Part shown: in pieces, positions 42,591 to 55,829 of the stretch
Numbering within the stretch: the stretch's first letter is position 1
Layout: every line of letters begins with the position of its first letter
Origin: Chrysomallon squamiferum
Taxonomy: Eukaryota; Animalia; Mollusca
Reading direction: 5' to 3'
Assembly (NCBI GenBank): GCA_012295275.1
Contig: CM022677.1
Location: forward strand, 186,001 to 250,000
DNA length: 64,000 nt
Notes under the pieces: model-generated
Database searches by the model: none
The model's input: only the letters and a program-made list of their open reading frames with translations
What the model was told of the DNA's origin: nothing
Made by a program: the position numbers and the translations under genes

Positions 42591-42660
42591 GTCGCCATCA
42601 TTGAAGTCGTGCCTGCGTTGTACTCCTAGTTATGTTGTCTTTTTTCGTAGTGTGCGCACN
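42100..42660 (-). repeat. Satellite-like repeat family (same as 2030-2600), inverted
   Basis: Reverse-complement motifs TTAATGACGGTATCATTGCCGTCG..TTGTTCTTAACGTTTTTGGTTTAC and TATTAACGTCGCCATC. Confidence 0.55.
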
Positions 42661-43110
42661 CAGTAACTGTTATTCTTACTTTCGTAGAGTTAAATACTAC
42701 AAAATAAAAATAAAATAAAATAAATAAATAAATAAATAAATAAATAAGAAAGAAAAACGCCTTCAGCTAACACCACAGCTGTTTATACGACAAAACTGAG
42801 ATTGAGTTAAATATTTTAATGTTTGTTATGAATTCATCAAACCTGATCAAAAAGAATTCTCTGTCTTAGAAAAATGAAATATTTTATTATAAACGACATT
42901 AACGTTATGAATGATTTTGTGAAATTAACGTAAAACAGAAGCGTAATATGTTCGTTCCACATCTAAATACGAATATGTTCTTTAGACGAAATATTAACAT
43001 TAAAATTATATTCACGTTATTAAAATTTAATTCTTAATATGCCGTGCACATTTTCAATGAAAAATAGGATTCCTTCGGTAATGTTATTAGCTATACAACA
43101 CATTACATTG

Positions 43111-43146
<36 letters not shown>

Positions 43147-44274
43147 TTTGTTTTTCCCAAAAATTAATGTCCTTCTCGTTGTATACTGAAAAATGATGGT
43201 CTTTCATATTAAGATATTTTATTATTAACAGAAACAGGACTATACCGAAAAAGCGTGATATACTAGATGAAGATTGTAGTTTCTACTGTATTGATGTTAC
43301 TGACAATATGTGTTATTTTATTTGTATGACCATAATAACATGAGATTCCGCGACATAATTTACATCTCTCTCTACATGAAATTAGATGATTAACCTAAAA
43401 TTAACCTTCCGTTTTTACAGAAAAAAATAAAATAAAATAATAATAATAAAGAAGCGAGAAGGCGCGATATTAAGGTGTTATTATTGTTGTCATTGTTCTA
43501 TTATTGACAAATACAATGCTTGTTATGTAGATTATTACTGGTGGAGCGGTTATACTAATAATCTAATGTAATAAGAGAACTTCAGGTATAATATGAAATC
43601 TAAAGTATATTACACTATACAACTTGCGCTGATGTACACCTTGAATGTAATGAAAAAACAAAATTTCAATTATCATAATAAAACAACATGTTAACCTTGT
43701 TTGTTCTCAGCTAATCACTATAAACTGTCGTGATTCCAGGGAATTAACTCAGAGATGTTTAAATGTAACCTGTACGATATTAACAAAATCTGACATTAAC
43801 ATTTCTCAACATACTTAACAGCAAAAATCACCGCTCAACTAGCAGTTGATTTTCACCTTTTTCTTTTTACACGTAATTAAGCCGGTTATTTTCATTATGC
43901 CATGTAAAATTATCATTTATGATTGTCATTAATATCTAATAGATTATATGTGATTATCAATATTTTATGTAGTGTTCGACGTACAGAAAAATTACACCTT
44001 TTTAGTTCACGATTTAGAATTAGTAAAATTATCACATTACATTAAAAAACAACATACGCTGTATTTTCTAAAACAATGTGTTAATATTACCGCTACACCT
44101 CTGTTGAGAAACTAATGACGTCTAATACAGATAGTGATGGCTGCGTTAAAACTGCAAGTGGTATTTTCATGACGCTGAGTCAAGTATCTGTGTGTGTCTT
44201 TGTGTCTGCTGAACATTAATCTTACCTTTCAGCAACTTCTTTTCAATGATCCATTTCCCCATCCACGCAATAAT

Positions 44275-44830
44275 CAGGTGTACACCAAGACGCTAAGAAC
44301 AATACTGGAACGACGGCAATGACGGCAATGACGAATAAAAAAGCTAAAAGGAATGATGAGGAGTAACTTTAGGAACCGCGTTCGTACCATGTCAACGACG
44401 GCGACATTAGTAGAAATCACAATAACATATTTCAATAGGTGATTCGCCCGCTCAGAAAGTTTGAGGAACGATTAATAAAAAAAAGCTAAAGAATAATGAG
44501 ACCTCTACGAAAGCTAGAAACAACGCCGTTACGACGGCGACGATGGTGATATTGATAGAAATGGTAATAATGCATTTTAGTGTAAGATTTGAACATTAAA
44601 ACAAGTATGAATAATAGTTAATAAAAATGAAAACAATGCCGTTACGACGGTAGCGACGGCGACATTAATAGAAATACAGGAGGCGCACGGCCACAAAATA
44701 AGAGAACAGCGAATAAAAAGCGAAAAAGAATAACGAGATGTACACCAAGACGTTAAGAACAATACTGGAACGACGGCAATGACGTCCTCATTAATAGAAA
44801 GCGTAACGATATTTTTTAACGTAGGATGTG
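44275..44830 (+). repeat. Satellite-like repeat family (same as 2030-2600)
   Basis: GTACACCAAGACG(C/T)TAAGAACAATACTGGAACGACGGCAATGACG twice; ACGACGGCGACATTA(G/A)TAGAAAT; AATAGGTGATTCGCCCGCTCAGAAA also seen near 2572-2596. Confidence 0.7.
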
Positions 44831-45081
44831 CACACGAACTGTCATACTTAATGAAAGGAAAAAGAATATTTTTTATTTTTTTCAGAGCAGATGTTTTCAG
44901 ATGTATTGGTAAATTCCTGGACAATAATAAGCAACTTATTCTAGTGTGAGTTGTAAGCTTTGTGGTTTTATTTGGTGCATTAATATAAATTATAAGAAGA
45001 AAAAAAAAGTAGGTTAAAAAAAAATAACAACACCGTTTATTTGAAGTTTACGGTGAACGATTGGCTAATAATAATAAAATA

Positions 45082-45116
<35 letters not shown>

Positions 45117-45753
45117 AAACCACATCGATTTATTATTTTTTATTTTATTTGTTTTGAACATAAATTTAATATCTTTTTTTTTTTTTTTTTAGTATCTTAT
45201 TTGCGGAAAAATGCGGGATGATTTCTGTCTTTGCGGATTTACTTTCTTGTTGGATGTTCGAAGAATATTCTACAGCATTGGGATAATCGCATTATCATGC
45301 AACAAAAAAGTTGCTTAATGTATTTCATTTTGTGAAGGAGACAGGTATTACTATTTATTATTATTGTTGTTAATGTGTTTGGATATTTTTCGTTTTATTT
45401 AATTATAATTTAAAAGTCATACACGTGATGGCAGCCATCTTATTTTGGAATAATATTTATTTATTTATTTATTTATTTATTTATTTTTTAATTTTTTTTT
45501 TTTTTGCAAATAACGACACTCGATTAGTAATAAAATTCACCAGTGGTTGTACTAATGTGAACAGCATAAACAACGTCATGTAAATAAGAAATCATGTTTA
45601 GTCTTTAATTTTGTTTTACCAATCACTGTATGATATATCGGGTGCAAATTGTGTGTGACCAGTAATTAAATTTGTTTAAAAATAAATTGACTTGTGTAGC
45701 ACACATCACACGACAACTATGTGTCGACTGTCAAAGGATTTATTTATTAATTA

Positions 45754-45822
<69 letters not shown>

Positions 45823-46158
45823 TTTTGAAATAAACTAATAAAACTTTTTAAAAACATATGCTAATTTTGTTTCACATGTTTTCTGTCAGTTTTTTTATGA
45901 TTTTCTTTTTTTTTTAATTCATGTTAAATTCATCCTCTATACATTATTAAACATATTTAATTGATTTTTTTAAACATATTAAAGGTTATAATGGATGGGG
46001 CCATAACTGGTTTCATTATTTAAGCTAAATAATTTTATAACTCTATGTTAACATTAAAAACTAATAAAGATAAATAAAAATTTAAGAAAAATATGACCAG
46101 GTTATTTCATATTTAGTCACTGTAAAATATTAATAAAATCACTTGTTATAATAATATT

Positions 46159-46201
<43 letters not shown>

Positions 46202-46662
46202 TTTGTTATCCTCAGTGATAACTGTTCTTTGTTTCCCTTCTTTTTCTTAATTGTCAATTTTAATTTATTTACATTTTGTTTTGTTCTACTTCCTTCTTTT
46301 TTATCTTCTTATTTTTTGTTATTATTGTGTTAAATTTGTTATTATTATTTTTTTAATCTTTATTATTATTATTTATTTTCTTTTTCTTATCATTACTAAT
46401 ACTTGTTTATTGATATGATTATTTTTTGAAGTAGGTGTCTTATGCAGATAATATGACTAATACTATGGCATCCAAAACTATTTACATCTGTATCTACAGA
46501 TAATGTACCTGGTTGACATTAATTGCTTCATGACACCTATATGTATTACAAAATGTTCAACTCATACAATATAAACCCATGAATGTATAAGGTCTTTATT
46601 ATTATTATTCATTTGCTTTTTCATTTCATTACTAATATTTATTTATTTTTGATGTTTTCCAG

Positions 46663-47929
46663 GACCAATTAAAATCATTATTGGCATGGATATTGCAGAA
46701 AGTATAAGGAGAAAATGTTCCAAATGAATTTAAAGAATTTTCTATGAAAAATCAGATATGAGTGAAATATTTTATACATATCTTATCCAGCTACACAATC
46801 ATTGACCAGACCCACTCTGTAGAGTGCAAGTGCTATAATATGATATATCGATGGTTTACATTCAGCATAGACAGGAACAAGAAGGAAAGAGCAGAGTGCA
46901 ATTGAAGTCTGTGTTCTTGTGAAAACAAGCTGATGCTGGTAAAAACACTTCATCTGCTACGCTGCCAAACAAAACAACTTGATAGATGACTGGATTGGCA
47001 GTGTGCAAAGACAACAGTCAGGAAGTTGAGCATTAGGTGACGTCTGAGCTTGCTGCTCTGAGAATGAAGCTGGATGAGAAGATAAAGAAAACAGAGGCTG
47101 TAGCTGCAGCAGAACAAGATGATTCTCTGGAAGGCAACATTCATGAGAGTGATGTCTCACCATATTGACAATTCAAATGACCGGGCTAGTCCTGTACCTG
47201 ATTTAGAGTGGTACCAATGCACCCAGGTCCCTGTCCCCTACTTCATCATCACAAAAATATTTTATGTAGGTCATGGCAGTATTGTTTAGTTGCTGTCTAG
47301 AAAGGGAATTTATGTTAAGGAGAAGGATGAATCAGCTGTACAGACACTGCATACTGCACAATTCCAAGTTGTAAGTTTTTATCTTATTTTTACTTCTTAG
47401 GAAGTAAAATAAGTTTTATAGTAATAACTCTTTACTGATTGTAATAATCATTTATTTGCTATAGTTTTGTTACTTTTTAAAATTATTGCCATTATCATTA
47501 TTATCATGTATATCAAAGTATATCAAAAATATCCCACACCTCTTTGTCTGAATAATCCAGTAACTGGTACCAGTAGAATTTAAATTTTAATAATATCATA
47601 TATATTTTAATAATATATTAGTTATTTGTTTATAACACTTTATTATTTTCATTATTTCATTTGTACTTTTATTTTCAGTATGCACATACAGCTCTAACTG
47701 ATGTGCAGATGTTGTCTAGTGAAGTTGTTTCAGCAGAAGATGCTGTCCAGCACTGAGGATAAAGTTTGTACTGCTGCCATTGGAAAAGAGAAAAAATACT
47801 GAACATGTGAATTTGAGTTTCTTTTCTTATTATTCTAAACCTAATAAAGTTTAATTTGATTTAATGTAGGAAGTTGCATTTTGTAACAGATGTTAGAATC
47901 TTGTATCATAACTGCATTTTATATCATGT

Positions 47930-47977
<48 letters not shown>

Positions 47978-48353
47978 CAGTTCCATTCATATAAACCTGA
48001 TTATTTTGTTGTAAATTTCTATATTTTAAAAGAAGAAGAAGTATAATATTTTATGAGATTTTAAAATGTTTAACTTTCCTGATACCAGGTGAAACTGCCA
48101 GCCTTCACACAGTGTCACTGTTCCTGTGATGACAGACACACTAAAATACATTGGAGATGGATGTACTGTAGCTGTTGTCTATAGTTTCTATTGTCTGCAG
48201 TGTCTCAGTTTTCATGGTTTGTAAATAAAATAATGAATCAGGTGGTAATTTTAAACTACATGAATCTAGATAACTAGTTAATCAAACCAATTCATATTAT
48301 AATATTATGTCTGGTTTTCTTTTTTGGTTTTGAATATGATAAATAAATGTTTG

Positions 48354-48423
<70 letters not shown>

Positions 48424-49063
48424 GTTGTATTTAGAGAAATTGTTATGATAAATGTAACAAGAAAAGTAGGTTAACAGCAGTGATAGTAGTCGTTGTTGTT
48501 GTTGCAGTAGTAATTATAATAATATTAGTATACAGAAATACAGACAAAAAATATCACTTTTATTATTAATGGATAGTAATTTTAGTAATAGGAGTATTAT
48601 TTTAATAACAGTAACCCTAGTTGAATAAGGAATAATAGTAAATATTAGTTGTAGTAATGATGATAATAAAGTTAGTACCAGAAGTGTTGCAGTAAATGTA
48701 GTAGTAGCAGTATTTTATTTATATTTTATACCTTATTTTATATATTTATTTATTTATTTATTTACTCAAACTTGGCAGTGCATCCACCAATGTGACTCTG
48801 ACTCAGAGTTGTTGAAAGTTCTGCTGATGAAAAGCTCAATTTTGGTTCCTGGACATTGAAGCCGAGCATGTCAACAATTCTTAAGTTGGAGAGTCTTCCA
48901 CCAGGTCACCAATCTCAACATCAGATATCAGGAGAAAAAACTTGAAAAACTTGAACATGCTAAAACCAGGCAAAGAAAAACATGAAAACTTGACAGATGA
49001 CTGTGACAGCTGTGTGTGACAGTGGCAAAGACAAAAGCCTGGAAGTTGAGCAGCAGGTGACTT
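46663..49063 (+). pseudogene. CAMSAP: CAMSAP/Patronin pseudogene fragment, copy 2, rearranged (N-terminal exon 46663-46757; CC1 block about 46797-47205; exons 47270-47370, 47679-about 47815, 48089-48216; pre-CC1 block about 48770-49063)
   Basis: DQLKSLLAWILQKV*GENVPNEFKE (CAMSAP AKIAANLQWICAKAYG..IPEDLRDPFY); VTSELAALRMKLDEK..KATFMRVM (CC1: LASELVQLHMQLEEKRR..GKAAFLHVV); GHGSIV*LLSRKGIYVKEKDESAV; VPVMTDTLKYIGDGCTVAVVYSFYC. Introns are also similar to copy 1. Confidence 0.85.
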
Positions 49064-49597
49064 AGTTTACTTCCATTAGCATTGTTTTTTTATAGACATA
49101 TTTGTCATCACTCTAACTAAAATAGTTATATTTAATTTTTAATTTTATTTATATTTAATATTTAAATATTTATTTTTAAAATACTGGCATTTAAAAAACA
49201 TCTCTGCATGTTTATCATAACATTTAAATTAATAGTATCCATTAGCTATACATGTGACTTTCATTTTATTGAAGAATCTAACTAGCAGAAGTAATTAGTT
49301 TAGATTTGGGATTAAATGTCTTTCTTTAATTTTTATTTATGAATTTGTTTTGTTTATGAGAAATAATGCCTGCCAAAACAGTCTGCTAGATCATTGTAGA
49401 AGTTCAAGATGAAAGAGGAAATAAAAGAGAGAAATGTACTCAGTGAATACAGATAAAACAAACTGTAAGCTGGAAACCATTTTGAGTTTCTTAATTGTGG
49501 CTAATCCACCTTTACTTAGAAAATTGCTAAAATGTCATCTTGTTTTGCAAACTTTAATTGTGCAAGCTGAAAATTAATCTCTTTCTGGTTTTGCAGG

Positions 49598-52248
49598 TGA
49601 TTATGAGAAGATGACAAATTCTACTGATACTGTTACTAGCCAGTCAGAGGAATTCAATAAAACTGTTCTGAAGTAAGTAGTATTGATATGTTTTATGATA
49701 ATAAATAACAGTGATGTGTTTAAGTACTTATGTACACATGAATGCAGGGCTCAAAATGGCCAGTCACCAAATGCTACCAAAATTTCTTTCTTTCTCTTGA
49801 TAAAGTAGAATTTCAGTATAACATATGTTGGTATATTTGCATAAGTGACTGCTCAAAACATATTTTTTACCTTACTTCAAAAATTAATGATCAAGTAAGT
49901 ACATGTTTTCATACATTTAAAAGCAGAAACATGAATATTTTTTGTTTGGGCTACTAAAAAACAAATTAGGGTCACTGAATTTATTTCAGATGAGTTTCGA
50001 GCCTTGTTTGTATTTATGTATTTCTTACATTACAGTGTCTTTGTGTATGTGTGTGTGTGTGTGTTTCAATGTGGTATTAAATGCTTTGTTTTGGTTAGAG
50101 TCATCAGTGTAATAATGTCAGCACTGTGTATACTAAATCCCACTATACAGGTTTAAGCAAACAACTGTTTAAAACATGTATAATTACATGTAACATGACA
50201 TGATACCATCAGTCCTAGTTTTCAGTTATGTCTATTGAAATCATGTAGAGTTTTTGCATGTATGTGCATTTTATTTATACTGACATTTTATATTATGCTG
50301 AGGTTTCCTTATTTCAGTCATTGCAGACATTAGTTAAATTAGTTCAGGAAACACCTTTTGTGTTGCATCCATCATTTTCCTTAACTAGCAAAATATCAGC
50401 AATATCCAGATTTGTTTTCCCATTAGGACAGCTGTCTCAACTGTATATTTGTATTTCAGTTCACCAACTTATCAGATGAAGAAATTGAAGTAAGTAAATT
50501 TCTAATCTGCTTTTATTTAGAATTTTACTTAAAGATGTGATTTATTTGTTATTTTAGATTAATGATTTATGTCTTGAGATCTTTCAATGTGATAAACAAT
50601 ACTTATGTGAAAAACGGTTATTAACTCAATTAGAGTAGGTTCTTTGTTTTGGACAGGGTGTATGATTTTAGTTTTTATTAAATAAAGTAATAATTCTTCT
50701 TTTTCCTCATTTATGTTTAACTTACTATATTAGACAATCTTCACTCAGTTTAGTCAGAAAATAAAATAAGAAGCTTATGAAAAGTTGATGTTTTCCTATT
50801 TAAAAACCCATATTATAGATACAAATGTTAAAAAAATCAATCACACACACACACACACAAACACACACACATACATACACACACAAAATATATATTGTAT
50901 GCCATATCCTCAGTCTTTCAGGAATTTTATGTTTCCTATTGACAAAATGATGACAGAACTAATGAAATGTCTGTTTATTATTTTATTAACATACTTTATT
51001 ATTTTCAGTGTAATGTGACTTGAATGTTCTTACATTAACGTTTGATTGAATTTATATATTACAGTTTATTTTTGGTATTTTAACTAGACTAAGTTCCTGA
51101 CCTTCAAGATGGACAAATTAACTCAAGAGCAGAGAAAAGAGGGTCAAGAAAGGTCGTGGAACATTCCTGAAAAGAACATAGACCATGAACTACATGGCTT
51201 AAGGAATGATGTTGAAGTATGTGTGAAATCAGTTCATAAAGAAAAACAGATTTATGTTAATTGTGTTGAAGATGTTTCTGAATCTAAAATTCTACATTAC
51301 CTTTAATTATGTGAATCAAATTCATCTTTATTTTAGACATGTTTTTATCTCTTTAGATTATTTTTCAGTAAATAATTTGAATTGATAACTGCATCATTAA
51401 ATCTCACTAGAATACAAAACAAAGTATTTAAAAAAGGTTATGTTTCAATTTTTAGTTTAACATAATTATATTGATTCATGCAGACTTAATTAATTGAATT
51501 GTTTTATAACAAGGAAATGTCATTATTTACTGAATGACATTCAGATCTTTCACCATGTATTTATAGGAACTGAAGAAACCAATATACTAAACTGTGGATT
51601 TAAACTGTTTATTTTCAGAGGTTAAATCAGCTTGTTAAGGATAGAAATATTCAAGAAATTGTTGATCAATACAAACTCAGATTGACATTTTGGAACAAAG
51701 AGCAGCTTGAGTCTCCAGTAGAGTTGAAGTATTTGGTGCCTTCCAGCAGGTATTTAAATACATTATTCATTTTATTTCAGTTTTAAATATTTCTTCAGTC
51801 TTTCACAACATCTATGCAAAATAGTTTTCTTACACTGAATTAAGCAACTTACATAAAAATGTAATATATTTGTTTTTGTAAAATCATGAAAATGATTAGC
51901 AATTATTGTATTCTGATGCTTTGTCTGCACATGAAATCTCATTTATTGAAAGAATCCGACTAATTATTTGTTCAGTTATAAAGACACCTACCTGCCTGTC
52001 TGATTTTAAGATTCTTTTTACTTTACTCTAACTTTTTTTCTTTATTTTATTTATTTATTTGTATTTATTTATTTATAAAAGGAGCAATAAGTAATAACCA
52101 GATAATTCTACAAGTAAAATCAGTACAAATACAATTGTGTGTTTTTGTAGGAGATGAGACTCTGTTGTACAATGGAGGTAATGGTTACTCATGTTGGGAA
52201 CATTAAACAATCACACAAAAAATATCAGACAGAACTTGAAGAGAACAA
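49598..52248 (+). pseudogene. IRAG: IRAG/LRMP (MRVI1/JAW1 family) pseudogene fragment; exons about 49598-49672, 50460-50489, 51088-51216, 51619-51749, 52151-52248
   Basis: FTNLSDEEIE/TKFLTFKMDKLTQEQRKEGQERSWNIPEKNIDHELHGLRNDVE/RLNQLVKDRNIQEIVD(fs)IQTQIDILEQRAA*VSSRVEVFGAFQQ/EMRLCCTMEVMVTHVGNIKQSHKKYQTELEENK parallels the remembered LRMP/IRAG coiled coil ([75 protein letters not shown]). Canonical AG/GT borders. The 131-nt exon carries a frameshift and a TGA. Confidence 0.82.
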
Positions 52249-52767
52249 GTGAGTTGACACTGTCTTTTCTCTTTAATTGACAAAGATGATAATGATATTT
52301 GTATAAAAATTCAGGTAAAAAATAATCAGAATGTAATATTTTTGTCAGAAGCTAATGTTAACTATTATCTCATTACTTGGATTTTTTATTTTATTTATTA
52401 TCCCTAATCATATAAACATTGATGAAAAAGACTGTTAATTCAGATATTTTGTAAGAAAAAATAATGTAAATTATATGTTTCTGAATTGAAAGCTCTTAAG
52501 AATTTATTCATGTCTTTGTTGTCACTGATGTACTTAATTAAGGACGGCATTGTGTTGGCTTTTTTGTTGTTGTTGTTTTTATTATTATTATGATTATTAT
52601 TATTATTATTATTATTTCTTTTTCTTTTATTTTCTTACATTTCCCTTTCTCTGTATTTTCTTTTTTATCTTCTCGAGTCTTCCATGTCCTTGCTACTGCT
52701 GCTGCTGTAGGTGCTGCTGCTGTTGTTGTTGTTGTTGTTATTCTTTTTATTTTTATTATTAACAGAT

Positions 52768-53282
52768 ATGGCAACAGCTTCAGATTCTGATGATATTCTT
52801 TTGTGTTGTCTTTGTATGGAAATTTACGACAAGCTGTGATTTCTGTATTGAGGACACTTGTTCTGCACCAAATGTCTGCAGGGCTACATAAACCACACTT
52901 ATGATAACAACAAGATAAAAATCATTCTTTTTTTGATTCCATGCTGGTGTTGTTGTTGTTATTATTATTATTTTAATTTTTATTATTAACAGATATGGCA
53001 ACAGCTTCAGATTCTGATGATATTCTTTCATGTTGACTTTGTATGGAAATTCTTGACAAGCTGTGATTTCTGTATCGAGGACACTTGTTCTGCACTGAAT
53101 GTCTGCAGGGCTACATAAACCACACTTACAATAACAACGAGATAAAACTGCTCTTGTCCTGTTTTCATTCTGGTGTCAGGTGCAGACAAATGTAAAATTG
53201 GTGTTAGTGATTATAACAATTACTGTGTAAAATGTTTTTGTTTAGAAAGAAACTCACTGATAAAAAGATACGAAACTTCCTC
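52768..53282 (+). pseudogene. Pseudogene paralogue of the 3153-5042 TRIM-like gene: RING exon duplicated (52768-52920, 52995-53147), second copy fused to an NHL fragment (53157-53282)
   Basis: MATASDSDDILLCCLCMEIYDKL*FLY*GHLFCTKCLQGYINHTY and a second similar copy, each after AACAG AT ATG. Then ILVSGADKCKIGVSDYNNYCVKCFCLERNSLIKRYETS versus the intact MLVSGADKSKIVVSDCYNKCVKCFCLERKSLINRIETS. Upstream intron sequence is also homologous. Confidence 0.92.
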
Positions 53283-54713
53283 TCCACCATCTGTTAACAT
53301 GGTAAAGCACTTTTACCTTGGGTGGGTGTTTTGTGTGTCAGTGTGTGTGAATGTGTTTTGTGGATGTGTTTATTATTTGCTTGTTTTTTTTTTTTAATTT
53401 TAGCAAATACAAGGTTATAGAGTTATCTCCCTTGATAACTTGTTCCGTTAACCAACCGATAATCCTTTAACCTGACGCTGTAAAAGGTCGCTAGATTTGT
53501 TCGTTGCTTCACTTTAGCGAACTAATACTTGAATTAATAAGGAAAAAGAATAGCAAACTCTTGCTGATAGAGTTATCGCCTGTAATAAACTGTTTTGTTA
53601 ACCAACCGATAACTCTATAACGTTAAGGTTGGAAATGTTAGCTGGCTTCACTTTAATATTAATGTGTATAAATAGATGTTGGCAAATACGGTAAGCTGAT
53701 ACGTCGAACTTATGGAACTATGAACAATCCTTTTATGTGAAATAAAATGATTAACAGTGGCTCTTTTGTTATAACTTATAGAAAAAATATGGTCACCAAA
53801 ATAAAAATAAATTCTTTTTTTTTTTTTGCACTACTAATGCATAGTGTTTTTAACATACCAGTCGCCTAAACGGAACTTTGGTCACATTTGGTGACCTGGC
53901 GAAAAATGTCCACAGATATTGGATTCAAAAGATATAGCACTACAGATCCACTACATGTAACTCAAGCGACATATAGCATAGACCCCACTGTAATAGCCGT
54001 AACCCAGTATTAAATCTTCCTAAACATCTCCCCGATAATGTGAACCAGTTTTGTAAACCGTAAGTGAGAATGTTGATCCAGTAATCACTTCTCCCCTTCC
54101 ATTTACTTGTTGTCCTTTTATTGAGACAGAGCGGGATGTGAATATGACAGCTGATGCAGAATGAGAGACATCATCACAAGATTTGAATGCTGCTCCTGTA
54201 AGACGCTCATCTAGGTCACAGATAGTAATCCTCATAACTTACCCCTCTCTGCAGTTGTTATGAAAAGTGAGTCAGAAACTGTTTCTGAAAACTCTCCTCA
54301 AACTGTTAGAGATTTCGCTCAAGTACTTTTGACTCAGTTGCTGCTGCAGAGTAACAGAGGCAGTTCATTACTGAGGACAGTCACATGTTCTGCGTGTGTG
54401 TGTGTGAGACAGAGACATGTCACAGATTTTATTAGATAATACAAATTATTATTAAATGTTTCACGTAAGAGACATAACTCTAATCCCTGTTTGTGAACAC
54501 ATACCACTAAAGGGAGTTAACTCTAATCGATGTAATTTTTACTTTGCTTAGTGAGTACATCTCACGTAAGGGACATATGTCTAAAGTATGTTTGTGAACT
54601 AACTCTAATCGATGCAATTTTTACTTGGCGGAGTAAACTCCTCCCACTACCTGTGATACGTCAGGGCTTTTTATATATACGTTATATATACATATTACTA
54701 TTATTATTATTAT

Positions 54714-54767
<54 letters not shown>

Positions 54768-55082
54768 TTGTAGTAGTGGTAGTAGTAGTATCTCTATTTG
54801 TGCATTCTTAATTTATTTCACATATTTAAAATCTTTCTTTATTAAAATCTTAATATTTTTTCATTCATGCTATTCAGAGTAAAAATAAGGTCAAGAATTT
54901 ATATTTGTTACGAAATTCCGTTTTAATACGTGAAAATTTCTATATTTTATTTATTATGTTTTCAAATACATGTAAATACTGTTTTTCAGCCTTTTCATAC
55001 TGATACGTTATTTAAATTTCACAAATATTATGATTTCTAGAGCGTAAAATTGTTAATTTTGTGTTGAGAGAAGAGAGCGAGT

Positions 55083-55159
<77 letters not shown>

Positions 55160-55310
55160 TAACCATTAACCAAATACTAACATTTAACAAACCATTGACA
55201 AAATTCTAACCACTAACCAAATATTAGCCATTAACTAAAAACTAACTGTTAACCAAATACTAACCGTTAACAAATACTAACATTTAACAAATACTAACCA
55301 TTACTAACAT
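55160..55310 (+). repeat. Degenerate tandem repeat of about 19-20 bp (AACCATTAACCAAATACT-like)
   Basis: About 7-8 imperfect units following an (AG)n tract. Confidence 0.75.
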
Positions 55311-55829
55311 CCCCTACGTGTACTGAACATCACCGTGGTGTATGTGTGGCAACATTTCCAAAGGGAATGGCTAATTAGTACATTAATATAATAACATTAT
55401 TTTGGTTAGATAGATAGACAGAGAGATAGATTATGATAGATAAATAGAAATACTACATACAGAGATAGTTGCTGAAGATAGATGAACAGATGGATACATA
55501 GGGTATTTTTCTAATCTCGAAATCAGTGCCATTAATTTGAAAGCCCTTTCTATATACAGAAAGACAGACAGGCCAACAGAAGTGTATGTACTTATGACAT
55601 ATAAATATCTCCCTCTGGCTTTCTTACTCTCACTCTCACTCTCCAGATTACTCTAATCAGATGGATTATTTTATTTTACCAGATATTTAAGTATTATAGG
55701 TTTTGTGATTTAATGTGCTCTTTAACGGAAACTATTATAGACACTTCTTGGCCCCCATATTTGGTGGTGCAATCAATAGTTTTGGCATTGATATAGTCTA
55801 TTCTGAGTTTTATTTAAGGTTTTTGAAAC

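Noticed and set aside
45193-45345. Exon-like block (MRDDFCLCGFTFLLDVRRIFYSIGI..., donor CAG|GTATT) as a possible CAMSAP first exon
   Set aside because: No recognisable similarity to CAMSAP or any other family I can name; left unassigned.
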